In this document: piece by piece, positions 30,501-41,144 of the stretch | Position numbering within the stretch: position 1 is the stretch's first letter | How the letters are laid out: every line of letters begins with the position of its first letter | Assembly: GCA_965197585.1 (NCBI GenBank) | Contig: OZ240215.1 | Coordinates: 1,440,001 to 1,504,000 of the forward strand | Direction: 5' to 3' | DNA length: 64,000 nt | Source: Dehalococcoidia bacterium | Lineage (GTDB): Bacteria; Chloroflexota; Dehalococcoidia; Plut-88900 | Notes under the pieces: generated by a model | What the model was told of the DNA's origin: nothing | What the model saw: only the letters and a program-made list of their open reading frames with translations | Database searches by the model: none | Position numbers and translations under genes: made by a program

Positions 30501-31898
30501 CTACTCGGAGCCCGAGTCAGCCTCCGGTATCCCGCCGACCAATACGCCGTGCCAATCGGAGACTTGCGTCTTTGCGCTGACATTGTTGTGTCTGTAGCTT
30601 CGGTCTGCGGACTCACCGCCCGTGAGGGTGCTTTTCAGCAGTCCTTCGGCGACCTTGCAGGCCACGTACGGCTTTCTTACGTCCAGCGGGTTCTCTTTAA
30701 GGTAGTCCTTCCACTTGGCCAGGTGTGTGCCGGCCTGAATGAAGCCCTTGACCATGCCCACGTCGTTGAGTGCTCCGACGTCGGAGGCCCGGCCTATCAT
30801 AACCGCGCCCACTATCCGGTCCCCGTCCCACGACAGTCGCCGGTATACTGAGGTTATCGAGCTTGAAATGACTATGGTGTCCGCATCGCTCTGCCAGTCT
30901 CCGAAACTCGCCACCTGAAGCCCGACCGCATCAACCACGTTAAACCCGACGCTCCCGGCGTAGCTCACGTCGTGTCCGGCCATGTTGCACCCGGCCACCC
31001 TTCCATGCTCGAAAGCGGTGGGTTGAATGGCGTGCACGGCCTTGGAGTCGGAGTGGAGGACCGGGCCCTCTGCCACGTCTCCCGCTGCGTAGATCCCGTC
31101 CACGTTGGTCGCCATTCTCCCGTCCACCAGGATCCCCTGGCCCGTGGCAATCCCCGCGCCCGAGGCGAAGTCCAGGTTGGCCCTGATGCCAGTGGCCATT
31201 ACGACCGCGTCTGCTTCCATCTTATCGCCGTTTCCCAGCTTCACGTCGCGGTGACCGTCGTGCTCACCGATACTGGTGACGCTGGTCCCGGTAATGCACC
31301 TCACCCCGTTCTTCTCCAGCCACGCTTCCACTACTTCAGCGGCTTCGGCGTTGATCATTCTCGGCAATATGTGAGATTCCAGTTCAACGAAAGTGATTGT
31401 GTGCCCGCCACCGTGAAGGCCGTCCAGGATAATCAGGCCAATGAATCCCGCCCCGACGATCACCACCCTGCTCCCCGCCGAGACGCTGGATTTGAAGTTC
31501 CTGGCGTCCTCTATGTCCCACATGTTCTGCACACCCGCCAGGTCGGCCCCGTCAATCGGGGGCCGGGTGGCGGAGGAGCCGGTGGCTATCAGCAGGTCGT
31601 CATATTCAACGGTCGAGCCGTCGCTCAGAGAGACCGACTTCGCCGCCGCGTCGATTCCCGTGACCTGTGCTCCGAACTTCGTCTCCACGTTCAGACCGGC
31701 AAAATAGCCGTCGTCGCCCGTGAATAATGCCTTCTCCTGGATGTCTCCGGCCAGGTAGTAGGGTAATACCATCCTAGAGTACGCCGGCTCATTGCCTATG
31801 AGTGTAATCGAGGAATCGGACTCGTGTGATCTGATCGTCTCGATTGCCCGAAGTCCTGCCGGTCCCGCACCTACGACTACGTGTCTCTTGTTTGCCAT
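30501..31898 (-). CDS. FAD/NAD(P)-dependent oxidoreductase, AorC-like
   Basis: VVGAGPAG, LLIATGS, IVGAGFIG, IYAAGD; inside the aor operon. Confidence 0.85.
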   Translation of the reverse strand: MANKRHVVVGAGPAGLRAIETIRSHESDSSITLIGNEPAYSRMVLPYYLAGDIQEKALFTGDDGYFAGLNVETKFGAQVTGIDAAAKSVSLSDGSTVEYDDLLIATGSSATRPPIDGADLAGVQNMWDIEDARNFKSSVSAGSRVVIVGAGFIGLIILDGLHGGGHTITFVELESHILPRMINAEAAEVVEAWLEKNGVRCITGTSVTSIGEHDGHRDVKLGNGDKMEADAVVMATGIRANLDFASGAGIATGQGILVDGRMATNVDGIYAAGDVAEGPVLHSDSKAVHAIQPTAFEHGRVAGCNMAGHDVSYAGSVGFNVVDAVGLQVASFGDWQSDADTIVISSSITSVYRRLSWDGDRIVGAVMIGRASDVGALNDVGMVKGFIQAGTHLAKWKDYLKENPLDVRKPYVACKVAEGLLKSTLTGGESADRSYRHNNVSAKTQVSDWHGVLVGGIPEADSGSE

Positions 31899-31903
31899 TT
31901 CAC

Positions 31904-32194
31904 CTAACCTCCCGGAAAGCCTCTTACGCCGTGGTACAGGAGGGTTACCCTGTCTTCCTTGTCCAACGGCGTTGCCATTCCGTCCAGGAACTTTATATTG
32001 CGGCCATTTACCAGTACTTCTACGTCCTCGTTAAGGTCCGACTCATCACCATCCAGGAACAGCAACGATCTCAACTCGCTTCGACTCCCGTTCGATAACT
32101 CTACCAGAAGCCCCTGCACCCGTGGTTGGCTTATCTCTTCTTCCGTTACTTCCGCTAGCTCTCTCAGCTTCCCCAGATACTTAACCTTAGGCAC
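31904..32194 (-). CDS. MoaD/ThiS family sulfur carrier
   Basis: GTG start; VKYLGKLRE...VLVNGRNI...C-terminal GG. Confidence 0.8.
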   Translation of the reverse strand: MPKVKYLGKLRELAEVTEEEISQPRVQGLLVELSNGSRSELRSLLFLDGDESDLNEDVEVLVNGRNIKFLDGMATPLDKEDRVTLLYHGVRGFPGG

Positions 32195-32210
32195 GATCTC
32201 TACGCAATAG

Positions 32211-34058
32211 CTAGGCGATGCCCAGCATTTCCAACTTAGCCTCGGTCGGCTTTCCTTCTTGGTCCCATCCCCGCAGGCTGTAGTACTCAGGAAGCATCTT
32301 GTCCAGCTGCCCAACTCTGCCCTTCGCCGGATTATTATCGCCGGATATCGCATCCTTTAGGATACGGTCGGGTAGTGTGTCGTCGGCCTTGGTGAGTCCG
32401 GCCTTGAGGTTGAACAGCCTCTCCAGGTTCCATACTCTTTCACCTATGGTGTTCATGTCGTCCATGGTGAATTCCAGGCCCGTTACCCCTTCCAACAGTT
32501 TTCTTATGTCATCCAGATCGTTGCCGGCGGAAATGAACAGGCACAGCCCCGTGGAGTCGTGTATCGAGTTCTCATTCTGCAGAGACACGACCAGTTCGGC
32601 CTTACCCTCCGGCGAACCGGGGTCCAGCTTATACGGCATACCGAAGATCTCGGCCCCCGGCGTGAACGCCCGCAGATGGTCGGCGCCACGATTATTGGTG
32701 GCATAGGCCAAACTCATCCCGTTAAAGGCTCGTGGGTCGTATGCAGGGAACTCCTGTCCCTTGGAGCCCATGTGCACCCCTGGGTTCCCGTACTTGACCC
32801 CCATTCTCTTCGATCCCTCAGCCAGCGCATCCCCGATCCCTTCTCGGTAGCAGGTCTTTTCGACCAGGGACACCAGCGCATCCCCGCTGCCGAAGTTTAT
32901 CTTCATGCCCGCTTCGCTGTCGGGGATGGCGCCCATTTCGTACAGTTCCATCGCCGCCGAGATCGTTGCCCCCATCGAAATTGTGTCGACGCCCAGGTCG
33001 TTGCACATCCAGCTGGCCTTGATCAAAGCGTCCAGGTCCGAAATCCCGCACTGAGACCCAAGGGCCCACGCGGTTTCGTACTCCGGCCCTTCGCCTGCTA
33101 CGTTCCAGTTCCGCGGGTGGGTGTTCACCAAGAACTTGCCCGCCGCGTCTCCCGGCAGGTGAGTAACCCGGCCGCATGCAATCGTGCAGCTGAAGCACGC
33201 CTTGTTTGCTACAAGCCGGTTGTCGGTCACGGCTTCGCCGTTTATGTCTTCCTCACCCTCGAATTGCGTTTCCAGGTGGTTGCGGGTCGGAAGCCCGCCC
33301 GTCTCGTTGATGATTCCCATGATTTCGAGTGTGCCGTACATCTGCATCCCCATCACACCGGGATTATTCGTCAACTTCCCGTGCTGCGATCCAATGGCCT
33401 GCATAGCACGTTCCACCGATGCAACCTGAACGCAACCCGTGCCTCGCACGGCGATAGCTTTCAGGTTTTTCGAACCCATCACCGCCCCGACCCCGGAGCG
33501 GCCCGCGGCCCGGTGCAGGTCGTTCACTATGCACGCAATCCTGACGAGGTTCTCCCCTGCCGGCCCGATACTTGCGATAACGCAGTCCGGCACTCCGGTC
33601 TGAGCCCTTATCAGGTCCTGAGTCTCCCAGACCGTCTTGCCCCAGATACCTTCCGCAGGGAGGAGCCTTGCGTCATCGTCGTAGACCCACAGGTACACGG
33701 GGCTCGGAGACTTCCCATGAACGATGACCATGTCATACCCGGCGAACTTGAGCTCCGGGCCCCAAAAGCCTCCCGAGTTGGATCCGGCCATCCCGCCAGT
33801 CAGCGGGCTCTTGGTTACAACCGAGTAGCGTGATGACGCCGACGCCCCTGTACCGGTCAGCGGCCCCGTGGATAAGACAAGCACGTTATCCGGCGCCAAA
33901 GCGTCGACCGTGGGGTCATGCATCTCTTCGTATAGGTACTTGGCGCCGAGGCCTCTCATACCCACGTACTCACGAGCCCAGCCCATGTTCAGGTCTTCTT
34001 TCGCAACGACTCCGTTGGTCAAGTTAACCCGCAGGACTTTTCCGGTCCAACCGTTCAT
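32211..34058 (-). CDS. Tungsten aldehyde:ferredoxin oxidoreductase catalytic subunit, paralog 2
   Basis: TKSPLTG, AAGRSGVGAVMGSKNLKAI, CFSCTIAC, GPEYET, RGADH, EYYSLRGW. Confidence 0.93.
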   Translation of the reverse strand: MNGWTGKVLRVNLTNGVVAKEDLNMGWAREYVGMRGLGAKYLYEEMHDPTVDALAPDNVLVLSTGPLTGTGASASSRYSVVTKSPLTGGMAGSNSGGFWGPELKFAGYDMVIVHGKSPSPVYLWVYDDDARLLPAEGIWGKTVWETQDLIRAQTGVPDCVIASIGPAGENLVRIACIVNDLHRAAGRSGVGAVMGSKNLKAIAVRGTGCVQVASVERAMQAIGSQHGKLTNNPGVMGMQMYGTLEIMGIINETGGLPTRNHLETQFEGEEDINGEAVTDNRLVANKACFSCTIACGRVTHLPGDAAGKFLVNTHPRNWNVAGEGPEYETAWALGSQCGISDLDALIKASWMCNDLGVDTISMGATISAAMELYEMGAIPDSEAGMKINFGSGDALVSLVEKTCYREGIGDALAEGSKRMGVKYGNPGVHMGSKGQEFPAYDPRAFNGMSLAYATNNRGADHLRAFTPGAEIFGMPYKLDPGSPEGKAELVVSLQNENSIHDSTGLCLFISAGNDLDDIRKLLEGVTGLEFTMDDMNTIGERVWNLERLFNLKAGLTKADDTLPDRILKDAISGDNNPAKGRVGQLDKMLPEYYSLRGWDQEGKPTEAKLEMLGIA

Positions 34059-34108
34059 CGGTATCCCATGCCTTTACAGGTCCCGATAGTCCATAAATCG
34101 GTCGGGCT

Positions 34109-35953
34109 TTAGAGAATGCCGAGCTGCGCCAGTTTGGCGTCCGTGGGATCTCCGTCCCGGGTCCAGCCCCTGAGGTCGTAGTACTCGGGCAGCATCTCGG
34201 ACAGCCGATTGACTCGACCCTTGGCCGGGCCTGCGGGAATGCCTTCGTCAAGCAGCCTCTTGGGCAGCGTGTCCTGGGCCCCCGGAATACCGGCGTTGAT
34301 GTTCCAGACCCGCTCCAGGTTGTAGATCCGCTCTCCGACTTCCAGCAGGTCTTCCATGGAGTAGTCCATGCCAGTCGCTGCGTTGAGCTCCGGCTGTATG
34401 TCGTCCAGCCCGATGCCAAAGGTCAGGAACAGGCACAGCCCAGCGGCGTCCACTGTCGAGGTGACGTCCTGGAATATCTTGGTCAGCCCCGCCTTACCCT
34501 CCGTTACGGCAGGATCGGCCTGCTCCGGTATTCCGAACACTTCCGCGGCTATGGTGTAGGCCTTCAGGTGGCATGCGCCCCTGTTGGAGGTGGCGTACCC
34601 CAGCCCGATGCCCTGGAATGCCCGTGCGTCGTAAGCCGCGACTTCCTGACCTTTCACTCCTATGAACAGATCAGGGTGGCCGTACTTCTCGGTCATCCTC
34701 TTGGAGCCTTCGGCCAGTTCGTTGCCAAAGCCTTCCCGGAAGCAGGTTTTCTCGGCCATGGCGACCAGCGCATCCCCGTCGCCGAAGTCCAGGGCCATCC
34801 CGGTCTCTTCTTGCGTGATAACGCCTTTTTCGTAAAGCTCCATCGCCGCTGCGAGGGTGCCGCCGTAGGATATCGGGTCGATTCCCAGGTCGTTGCAGAT
34901 CCAGTTGGCCTTGATCAGCGCATCCAGGTCCCCGATTCCGCAGTCGGCGCCCATGGCCCATGCTGCCTCGTACTCCGGCCCCTCACCCGACATCTTCCAG
35001 TTGCGAGGAGTGGTGGTAACCATGTACTTATCCGCCGCATCTCCGGGCAGGTGAGTCACCCGACCACATGCTATGGTGCAGGCGAAGCACGCCTTGGGCC
35101 CAGTGAGACGGGTGTCGGTCATCGTCTCACCGCTAATCCCCTCGGCTTCGTCGAACTCGCCGTACTGGTGGTTGTTCGTGGGCAGGCCGCCGTGCTGGTT
35201 GATCACGTTGACCAGGATTGGGGTCCCGTAGGCTCGGAGACCCTCGCCGGTGACGGGAGACGCAGCCAGCTTTACCTTCGCCGCAAACGTCGATTCCATC
35301 ATCGCGTCGGGCTTCGCCACTTGTACGGCCCCCGTGCCCCGCACACCTATCGCTTTCAGGTTCTTGGAACCCATCACCGCCCCGACGCCGTTGCGACCCG
35401 CGGCCCGGTGCTTGTCATTCATTATCGATGCGAATCGGACCATGTTTTCACCTGCAGGCCCGATGCTCGCCACGATAGCGTCCGGGACCGCTGTCTCGGT
35501 CCGGATCGTGTCCTCCGTCTCCCACACACCCTTGCCCCACAGGTGACTCGCATCTACGAGTTGCACGTCGTCGTCGTAGATCCACAGGTAGACCGGGTTC
35601 GGCGATTTCCCGTTGAAGATCACCATGTCGTACCCGGCAAACTTGAGCTCCGGGCCCCAGTGCCCACCCGAGTTGGACGTGGTAATAGTCCCGGTCAGTG
35701 GGCTCTTGGTAACAACCATGTACCGAGCCCCGCACGAGGCGTTGGTCCCGGTCATCGGGCCCGTGGCGAAGATCAGCTCGTTCTCCGGGCTCAGGGGTTC
35801 GACCTTCGGATCCAGGTCCTCATAGAGATACCTGGCTCCAAGGCCCCTCCCACCTACGTATTGGTGGGCCCACTCTTCATTCAGGTCTTCTTTTACTATT
35901 GTGCCGGTGCTGAGATCAACTCGGAGCAGACGCCCCGACCATCCGTATGCCAT
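34109..35953 (-). CDS. Tungsten aldehyde:ferredoxin oxidoreductase catalytic subunit, paralog 1
   Basis: TKSPLTG, AAGRNGVGAVMGSKNLKAI, CFACTIAC, GPEYEA, RGACH. Confidence 0.93.
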   Translation of the reverse strand: MAYGWSGRLLRVDLSTGTIVKEDLNEEWAHQYVGGRGLGARYLYEDLDPKVEPLSPENELIFATGPMTGTNASCGARYMVVTKSPLTGTITTSNSGGHWGPELKFAGYDMVIFNGKSPNPVYLWIYDDDVQLVDASHLWGKGVWETEDTIRTETAVPDAIVASIGPAGENMVRFASIMNDKHRAAGRNGVGAVMGSKNLKAIGVRGTGAVQVAKPDAMMESTFAAKVKLAASPVTGEGLRAYGTPILVNVINQHGGLPTNNHQYGEFDEAEGISGETMTDTRLTGPKACFACTIACGRVTHLPGDAADKYMVTTTPRNWKMSGEGPEYEAAWAMGADCGIGDLDALIKANWICNDLGIDPISYGGTLAAAMELYEKGVITQEETGMALDFGDGDALVAMAEKTCFREGFGNELAEGSKRMTEKYGHPDLFIGVKGQEVAAYDARAFQGIGLGYATSNRGACHLKAYTIAAEVFGIPEQADPAVTEGKAGLTKIFQDVTSTVDAAGLCLFLTFGIGLDDIQPELNAATGMDYSMEDLLEVGERIYNLERVWNINAGIPGAQDTLPKRLLDEGIPAGPAKGRVNRLSEMLPEYYDLRGWTRDGDPTDAKLAQLGIL

Positions 35954-35957
35954 GGCT

Positions 35958-36449
35958 TTAGCTCCCTTCTATGGATCGGGCGTAGTTAGCGTCCACCTTG
36001 TCACCCCAGGACCCCAGCCACGTCGCTTCCTCGATCTCGGTGAACTCGATGGCGTTAGTCGGGCAAGCCCTGGCGCAGGCGGGGTCTCCGCCGCACAGGT
36101 CGCACTTGACAGCCTTTTTGGTGGTCGGATTGAGAAACACCGTACCGAACGGGCAGGCGATGACGCACAGCTTGCAGCCCACGCAGGTGTCCTCTATGAC
36201 GATCTTCGCCTGGGTGTCCGGGTCTACGCCTATGGCGTTGACCGGGCAGACCTGCAGACACCATGCCTCTTCGCATTGGAAGCAGGTGTACGGGCTATAG
36301 CTGGACTGTTCATCGAATATATGCACCCGTATCAGTGACTGGGACGGCTGGAATGTTCCAGTCTGCACCCACGAACAAGCCAACTCGCATTGTATGCAGC
36401 CGGTACATCGGTCAGGGTGGATTTCGAGCATCTTGACAGTGCTTCCCAT
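35958..36449 (-). CDS. 4x[4Fe-4S] electron-transfer subunit, AorA-like
   Basis: CTGCIQCELAC, CFQCEEAWCLQVCP, CVGCKLCVIACPFG, KCDLCGGDPACARACPT; AAGGAG RBS. Confidence 0.92.
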   Translation of the reverse strand: MGSTVKMLEIHPDRCTGCIQCELACSWVQTGTFQPSQSLIRVHIFDEQSSYSPYTCFQCEEAWCLQVCPVNAIGVDPDTQAKIVIEDTCVGCKLCVIACPFGTVFLNPTTKKAVKCDLCGGDPACARACPTNAIEFTEIEEATWLGSWGDKVDANYARSIEGS

Positions 36450-36527
36450 GCCTGCTCCTTTAAGAAAGTACGCTATAAGGTAACGCGGGCTTTTTAACAT
36501 CAGGCAATGCCCGATGGAGGGAGTTTT

Positions 36528-36556
36528 AGGATAGGGTTGAAGAGGCGTTTTGTCAA
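36528..36556 (-). promoter_or_regulatory. Sigma70 promoter of the aor operon
   Basis: Minus strand TTGACA-17bp-TATCCT. Confidence 0.55.
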
Positions 36557-36613
36557 TGAAATCCACCCTTCAACCCACTCTTCACACAACTACAAACCAT
36601 CTGCGGCAGAGGA

Positions 36614-36643
36614 TTGTCACACAACATATATGTTGAGTATGCT
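36614..36643 (+). promoter_or_regulatory. hicB promoter with palindromic operator
   Basis: TTGTCA-18bp-TATGCT enclosing the perfect palindrome CAACATATATGTTG (36622-36635). Confidence 0.5.
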
Positions 36644-36695
36644 GGCTGCATAAACAGGCGTGATGGCACACAACCGACCATTCCCGAGAGAATCC

Positions 36696-37124
36696 ATGCT
36701 TTCATATCCAATACATATCGAAAACGAGGGCTCGAGCCTTCTGGTAACTTCCATTGATTTCCCAGAGCTCACCACCTCCGGTGACGACTGCGAAGAGGCC
36801 CAGGCCCGCGCCCTCGACGCCCTACAAGAGGCCATCGCCGCCCGTATCCACGACCGCAGGGCCATTCCTATCCCCTCCCTCGGCGGCGACGCCCGAGTAG
36901 CCCTTCCTACTCTAACTGCAGTTAAGGTCATCCTGTACCAGGGCATGAGAGACCAAGGTATTAGCAAAACCGACCTCGCTCGCCGTCTAGGGTGGCATCT
37001 CCCTCAGGTCGACCGAGTACTGAATATCAACCATAACTCCCGTCTCGACCAGATGGATACAGCCCTCGGAGCCATAGGCCACCGCTTGCAGGTCAGCCCT
37101 GCGCCTGCCTCCACCACCTCTTAA
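36696..37124 (+). CDS. hicB: HicB family antitoxin with C-terminal HTH (no hicA seen)
   Basis: YP...VTSIDFPELTTSGDD..EA...ALDAL...IPIPS, then KTDLARRLGWHLPQVDRVL. Confidence 0.85.
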   Translation: MLSYPIHIENEGSSLLVTSIDFPELTTSGDDCEEAQARALDALQEAIAARIHDRRAIPIPSLGGDARVALPTLTAVKVILYQGMRDQGISKTDLARRLGWHLPQVDRVLNINHNSRLDQMDTALGAIGHRLQVSPAPASTTS

Positions 37125-37277
37125 CTGAGAGGCGTCAAATGGCATTCCGTAACCTGTATTGCTTGAAGTTGTCCCCCCTGGGCCGGAGGATGCTCAAAAT
37201 AGCCACAAGTTTGACCCCCAACACCCCCTTTGCTACACTCGCCCTCAGCCTGCCACCCCGCGCCCGAGGAGCCGACT

Positions 37278-38942
37278 ATGTCCGAATCTCCTCAACAAGA
37301 TACCTTCCAGGAAGCCAAGACCAACTGGACCAAAAAGTACGACGAGTCCAGAAAGCGCGACGCCCTCTTCACCACCGTCTCCGGCGCGCCCGTCGAGCCT
37401 CTACACACCCCCTCCCCCGACCCCTACCCGGACTTCGACGAAAAAATGGGGATGCCCGGTCAGTACCCGTTCCTGCGCGGCATTCATCCCACCGGACACC
37501 GAGGCCGACTCTGGACAATGCGAATGTTTTCCGGCTTCGGGACCGCCGAGGAGACCAACGCCCGGTTCAAGTTCCTCCTTGGCCAGGGTGAAACGGGCCT
37601 CAGCACCGCCTTCGACATGCCCACCCTCATGGGCTACGACCACGACGACCCCATGGCCATCGGCGAGTTTGGAAAGTGTGGCGTCGCTGTCTCATCTCTA
37701 GCCGACATGGAGGTCTTGTTCGACGAAATTCCCATCGAACAGGTCACCACCTCTATGACCATCAACGGCCCCGCCGCCATTATCTGGGCCATGTTCATCG
37801 CCGCCGCCGAAAAACGCGGCGTGCCTAGGGCAAAACTCGGTGGCACACTTCAGAACGATATCATTAAAGAGTACACCGCCCAGAACGAATACATTTTCCC
37901 CGTCGAGCCCTCGATGCGCCTCGTCACCGACACCGTTGAACTTGCCGCCAGAGAGATGCCCCGCTGGAACCCTATAAGTATCAGCGGATACCACATTCGG
38001 GAGGCCGGCGCCACCGCAGCCCAGGAGCTTGCCTTCACCCTTGCCGCCGGCTTCGAATACGTGGACTGGGCCCTTGAACGCGGTCTTGACATCGACGAGT
38101 TCGCCCCCCGGCTAAGCTTCTTCTTCAACGTCCACGACGACTTCTTCGAAGAGATATCCAAGTTCCGCGCCGCCCGCAGAATATGGGCCCGAGAGCTCCG
38201 CTCCCGCTACGGCGCAAAAAACGACCGCTCCCTCTGGCTTCGCACTCATGCCCAGACCGCCGGTGCCGCTCTCACTGCTCAGCAGCCAGAGATAAACGTA
38301 TCCCGGGTCGCCCTCCAGGCCCTCGCCGCCGTGCTCGGGGGAGTCCAGTCCCTCCACACCAACTCCATGGATGAGGTTCTTGCCCTTCCCTCCCAGGAAG
38401 CCGTTCTGGTTGCGCTTCGAACCCAGCAGATTATTGCCCACGAAAGCGGTGTGGCTGACCTCGCCGACCCCCTCGGGGGGAGCTACCACCTTGAAGCCAT
38501 GACCGACCGCATTGAAGAAGAATCCTACGAGTACTTCCGACAGATCGAGGACCAGGGAGGCGTCATCGCCGCCGTCAAGAACGGCTACTTCCAACGCCAG
38601 ATCGCCGACTCTGCTTTCAAATACCAGCGGGAGATCGAGCAGAACCAGCGCATCAAGGTCGGGATAAACGGCTACGCCGAGGGGAGCGACCCCCGAATTT
38701 CCATTTTAGAAATGGATCGGGAAGGCGAGCGTCGCCATCTCGAAAGACTGCACCGCACCCGGGACACTCGAGACCAGGCCGCCGTCGACCGCGCCCTCTC
38801 CGACCTTAAGCACGCCGCCCTCGGCTCCGAAAACCTCATGCCCTACCTGCTCACCGCGGCTCGGACCTACGCCACTCTCGGCGAGACTACAAACGCTCTT
38901 CGCGAGACCCTCGGCGAGTCCGAAATCTACAACGTCGCGTAA
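37278..38942 (+). CDS. B12-dependent acyl-CoA mutase large subunit, isobutyryl-CoA mutase-type specificity residues
   Basis: [11 protein letters not shown] (Phe), [11 protein letters not shown] (Gln), [12 protein letters not shown]; no B12-binding domain. Confidence 0.85.
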   Translation: MSESPQQDTFQEAKTNWTKKYDESRKRDALFTTVSGAPVEPLHTPSPDPYPDFDEKMGMPGQYPFLRGIHPTGHRGRLWTMRMFSGFGTAEETNARFKFLLGQGETGLSTAFDMPTLMGYDHDDPMAIGEFGKCGVAVSSLADMEVLFDEIPIEQVTTSMTINGPAAIIWAMFIAAAEKRGVPRAKLGGTLQNDIIKEYTAQNEYIFPVEPSMRLVTDTVELAAREMPRWNPISISGYHIREAGATAAQELAFTLAAGFEYVDWALERGLDIDEFAPRLSFFFNVHDDFFEEISKFRAARRIWARELRSRYGAKNDRSLWLRTHAQTAGAALTAQQPEINVSRVALQALAAVLGGVQSLHTNSMDEVLALPSQEAVLVALRTQQIIAHESGVADLADPLGGSYHLEAMTDRIEEESYEYFRQIEDQGGVIAAVKNGYFQRQIADSAFKYQREIEQNQRIKVGINGYAEGSDPRISILEMDREGERRHLERLHRTRDTRDQAAVDRALSDLKHAALGSENLMPYLLTAARTYATLGETTNALRETLGESEIYNVA

Positions 38943-38982
38943 TTCTCTGCCCCGTTTTCCTTAGCACTTTCGAGAGCCGCCA

Positions 38983-39273
38983 ATGCAGTACTCAGTCGTT
39001 ATCCACAAAGACCCCGGCTCTTCCTACGGTGTCACTGTCCCTGATCTACCCGGCTGTTTCTCGGGCGGCGACACATTTGAAGAGGCGCTGTCCTCTGTTA
39101 GGGAAGCAATCAAATGTCATATCGAGGGAATACTGATGGACTGCGAAGCCATCCCAGAAAAAAAGCCCTTGCAGATCCATAAGGCCAATGAGGATTTCTC
39201 AGGCGGCACTTGGGCCAGCGTCTGCGTAGACCTGTCTAACCTATCCGTGGTACCTACGCCATCCCGACTATAG
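38983..39273 (+). CDS. Short HicB-like antitoxin (no hicA seen)
   Basis: YSVVIHKDPGSSYGVTVPDLPGCFSGGDTFEEAL. Confidence 0.82.
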   Translation: MQYSVVIHKDPGSSYGVTVPDLPGCFSGGDTFEEALSSVREAIKCHIEGILMDCEAIPEKKPLQIHKANEDFSGGTWASVCVDLSNLSVVPTPSRL

Positions 39274-39429
39274 ACCTCATCCCCTAGTCCTCCCAATTAC
39301 AATCTGCACGCTCTCAACACGACCTTCCCTTGCCTCCTCTCCTCAGCTTATTGGCGCAACGCGCTCCACACGTTTATCATAAGCGAGGCGGGCCGACCTC
39401 AATCTTCGTTATCAACCAGGGGATTCCCT

Positions 39430-41094
39430 ATGCTCAAAGAAAAAGATTTGAATAAGATTACCCAACGCCAGCAGGAGTGGCAGGAAAATGCCGACAAGGC
39501 CCGACAGCGGGATGGCCTCTTCTCTACCTCCTCAGGGGTCCCCATCAAAGCCGCCTACTCTCCCCTCGACATAGCCGATCAAGACTACATGTCCGATGTC
39601 GGCATGCCCGGCGAGTTCCCTTTCACCCGCGGAATCCACCCGACGGGCTACCGCGGCCGGCTCTGGACCATGCGCCAGTACGCTGGTTTCGGATCCGCCG
39701 GAGAGTCCAATCGCCGCTACCGCTACCTGCTCGAGCAGGGCCAGACGGGTCTCAGCGTCGCCTTTGACCTTCCGACCCAGATGGGTTACGACTCCGACCA
39801 TCATATGTCCCGCGGCGAGGTCGGTAAGGTGGGCGTCCCCATCGACACCCTCGCCGACATGGAAGTTCTTTTCGAGGACATTCCCCTCGAAAAGGTCACC
39901 ACGTCCATGACCATTAACGCCACCGCCTCTATCCTTCTAGCGCTTTATGTCGCAATGGCTAAGAAGCAGGGCGCCGACCTCTCAAAGCTCGGCGGCACCG
40001 TACAGAACGATATCCTCAAGGAATACATCGCCCGTGGCACCTACATCTACCCACCCCGCCCCTCCATGCGCCTCATCACTGATCTCTTCCGCTACTGCGG
40101 TGAGAGTCTTCCTGCCTGGAACACCATAAGCATAAGCGGCTACCACATGCGGGAAGCCGGGTGTACGGCGGTCCAGGAGCTCGCCTTTACCTTTAGTGAC
40201 GCCATAGCCTACGTTCAGGCCGCCGTGGATGCGGGCATGGACGTGGACAAGTTCGGGGCCCGGCTCTCCTTCTTCTTTGTCAGCCAGAACAACCTCCTCG
40301 AAGAGGTGGCCAAGTTCCGTGCCGCCCGAAAGATCTGGGCCCGAATAATGAAGGAGCGCTTCAACGCCCAGAACCCTCGCTCCTGGATGGTCAGGTTCCA
40401 CACCCAGACCGCCGGCGCCGCTCTAACGGCCCAGCAGCCCGAGAACAACATCGTCAGGGTCACCATACAGGCCCTGGCCGCGGTCCTCGGTGGCACACAA
40501 TCGCTCCACACAAACTCTATGGACGAGGCCCTCGCCCTTCCTTCCGAAAAAGCCGCTACCATCGCCCTCCGAACCCAGCAGATCGTCGCCAACGAGTCGG
40601 GCTGCGCCGACGTTATAGACCCGCTGGCAGGTTCCTTCTACGTAGAGCGGCTCACAAAGGATCTGGAAGACGAGACCTTCAAATATATCGAGCGAATAGA
40701 CGATTTCGGCGGGGCTCTCGGCGCGATTGAGCGCGGATTCATTCAACAGGAGATTCAGGACAGCGCATTCCGCCATCAGCAGGAGATCGAGTCGAGGAAG
40801 CGGGTAGTGGTGGGTGTGAACGCCTACGAAAGCCCCCAGCCTCACCTCCACGGAACGCTCAAGATAGATCCCGAGCTGGCCCGCACCCAGGTCGAGAATC
40901 TCCAGAAGATCAAGCAGTCTCGAGACCAGGCCGCCGTGGACAGCGCCTTGAACTCTCTGAGAGAAGTGGCCGCGGGGGATGGCAACACGATGCCCGCGAT
41001 CCTGGAGGCTGTCGAAGTCTATGCCACCCTCGGCGAAATTAGCGATGTCCTCCGGGACGTCTTCGGTGACTACGAACCGTCCGCTACTTTCTGA
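39430..41094 (+). CDS. Methylmalonyl-CoA mutase large (substrate-binding) subunit
   Basis: [11 protein letters not shown] (Tyr), [18 protein letters not shown] (Arg). Confidence 0.92.
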   Translation: MLKEKDLNKITQRQQEWQENADKARQRDGLFSTSSGVPIKAAYSPLDIADQDYMSDVGMPGEFPFTRGIHPTGYRGRLWTMRQYAGFGSAGESNRRYRYLLEQGQTGLSVAFDLPTQMGYDSDHHMSRGEVGKVGVPIDTLADMEVLFEDIPLEKVTTSMTINATASILLALYVAMAKKQGADLSKLGGTVQNDILKEYIARGTYIYPPRPSMRLITDLFRYCGESLPAWNTISISGYHMREAGCTAVQELAFTFSDAIAYVQAAVDAGMDVDKFGARLSFFFVSQNNLLEEVAKFRAARKIWARIMKERFNAQNPRSWMVRFHTQTAGAALTAQQPENNIVRVTIQALAAVLGGTQSLHTNSMDEALALPSEKAATIALRTQQIVANESGCADVIDPLAGSFYVERLTKDLEDETFKYIERIDDFGGALGAIERGFIQQEIQDSAFRHQQEIESRKRVVVGVNAYESPQPHLHGTLKIDPELARTQVENLQKIKQSRDQAAVDSALNSLREVAAGDGNTMPAILEAVEVYATLGEISDVLRDVFGDYEPSATF

Positions 41095-41144
41095 GCCCCG
41101 TGATAACTGGTTAGTCATGCCCCAAACCGGGAAGGATTTAGTAA

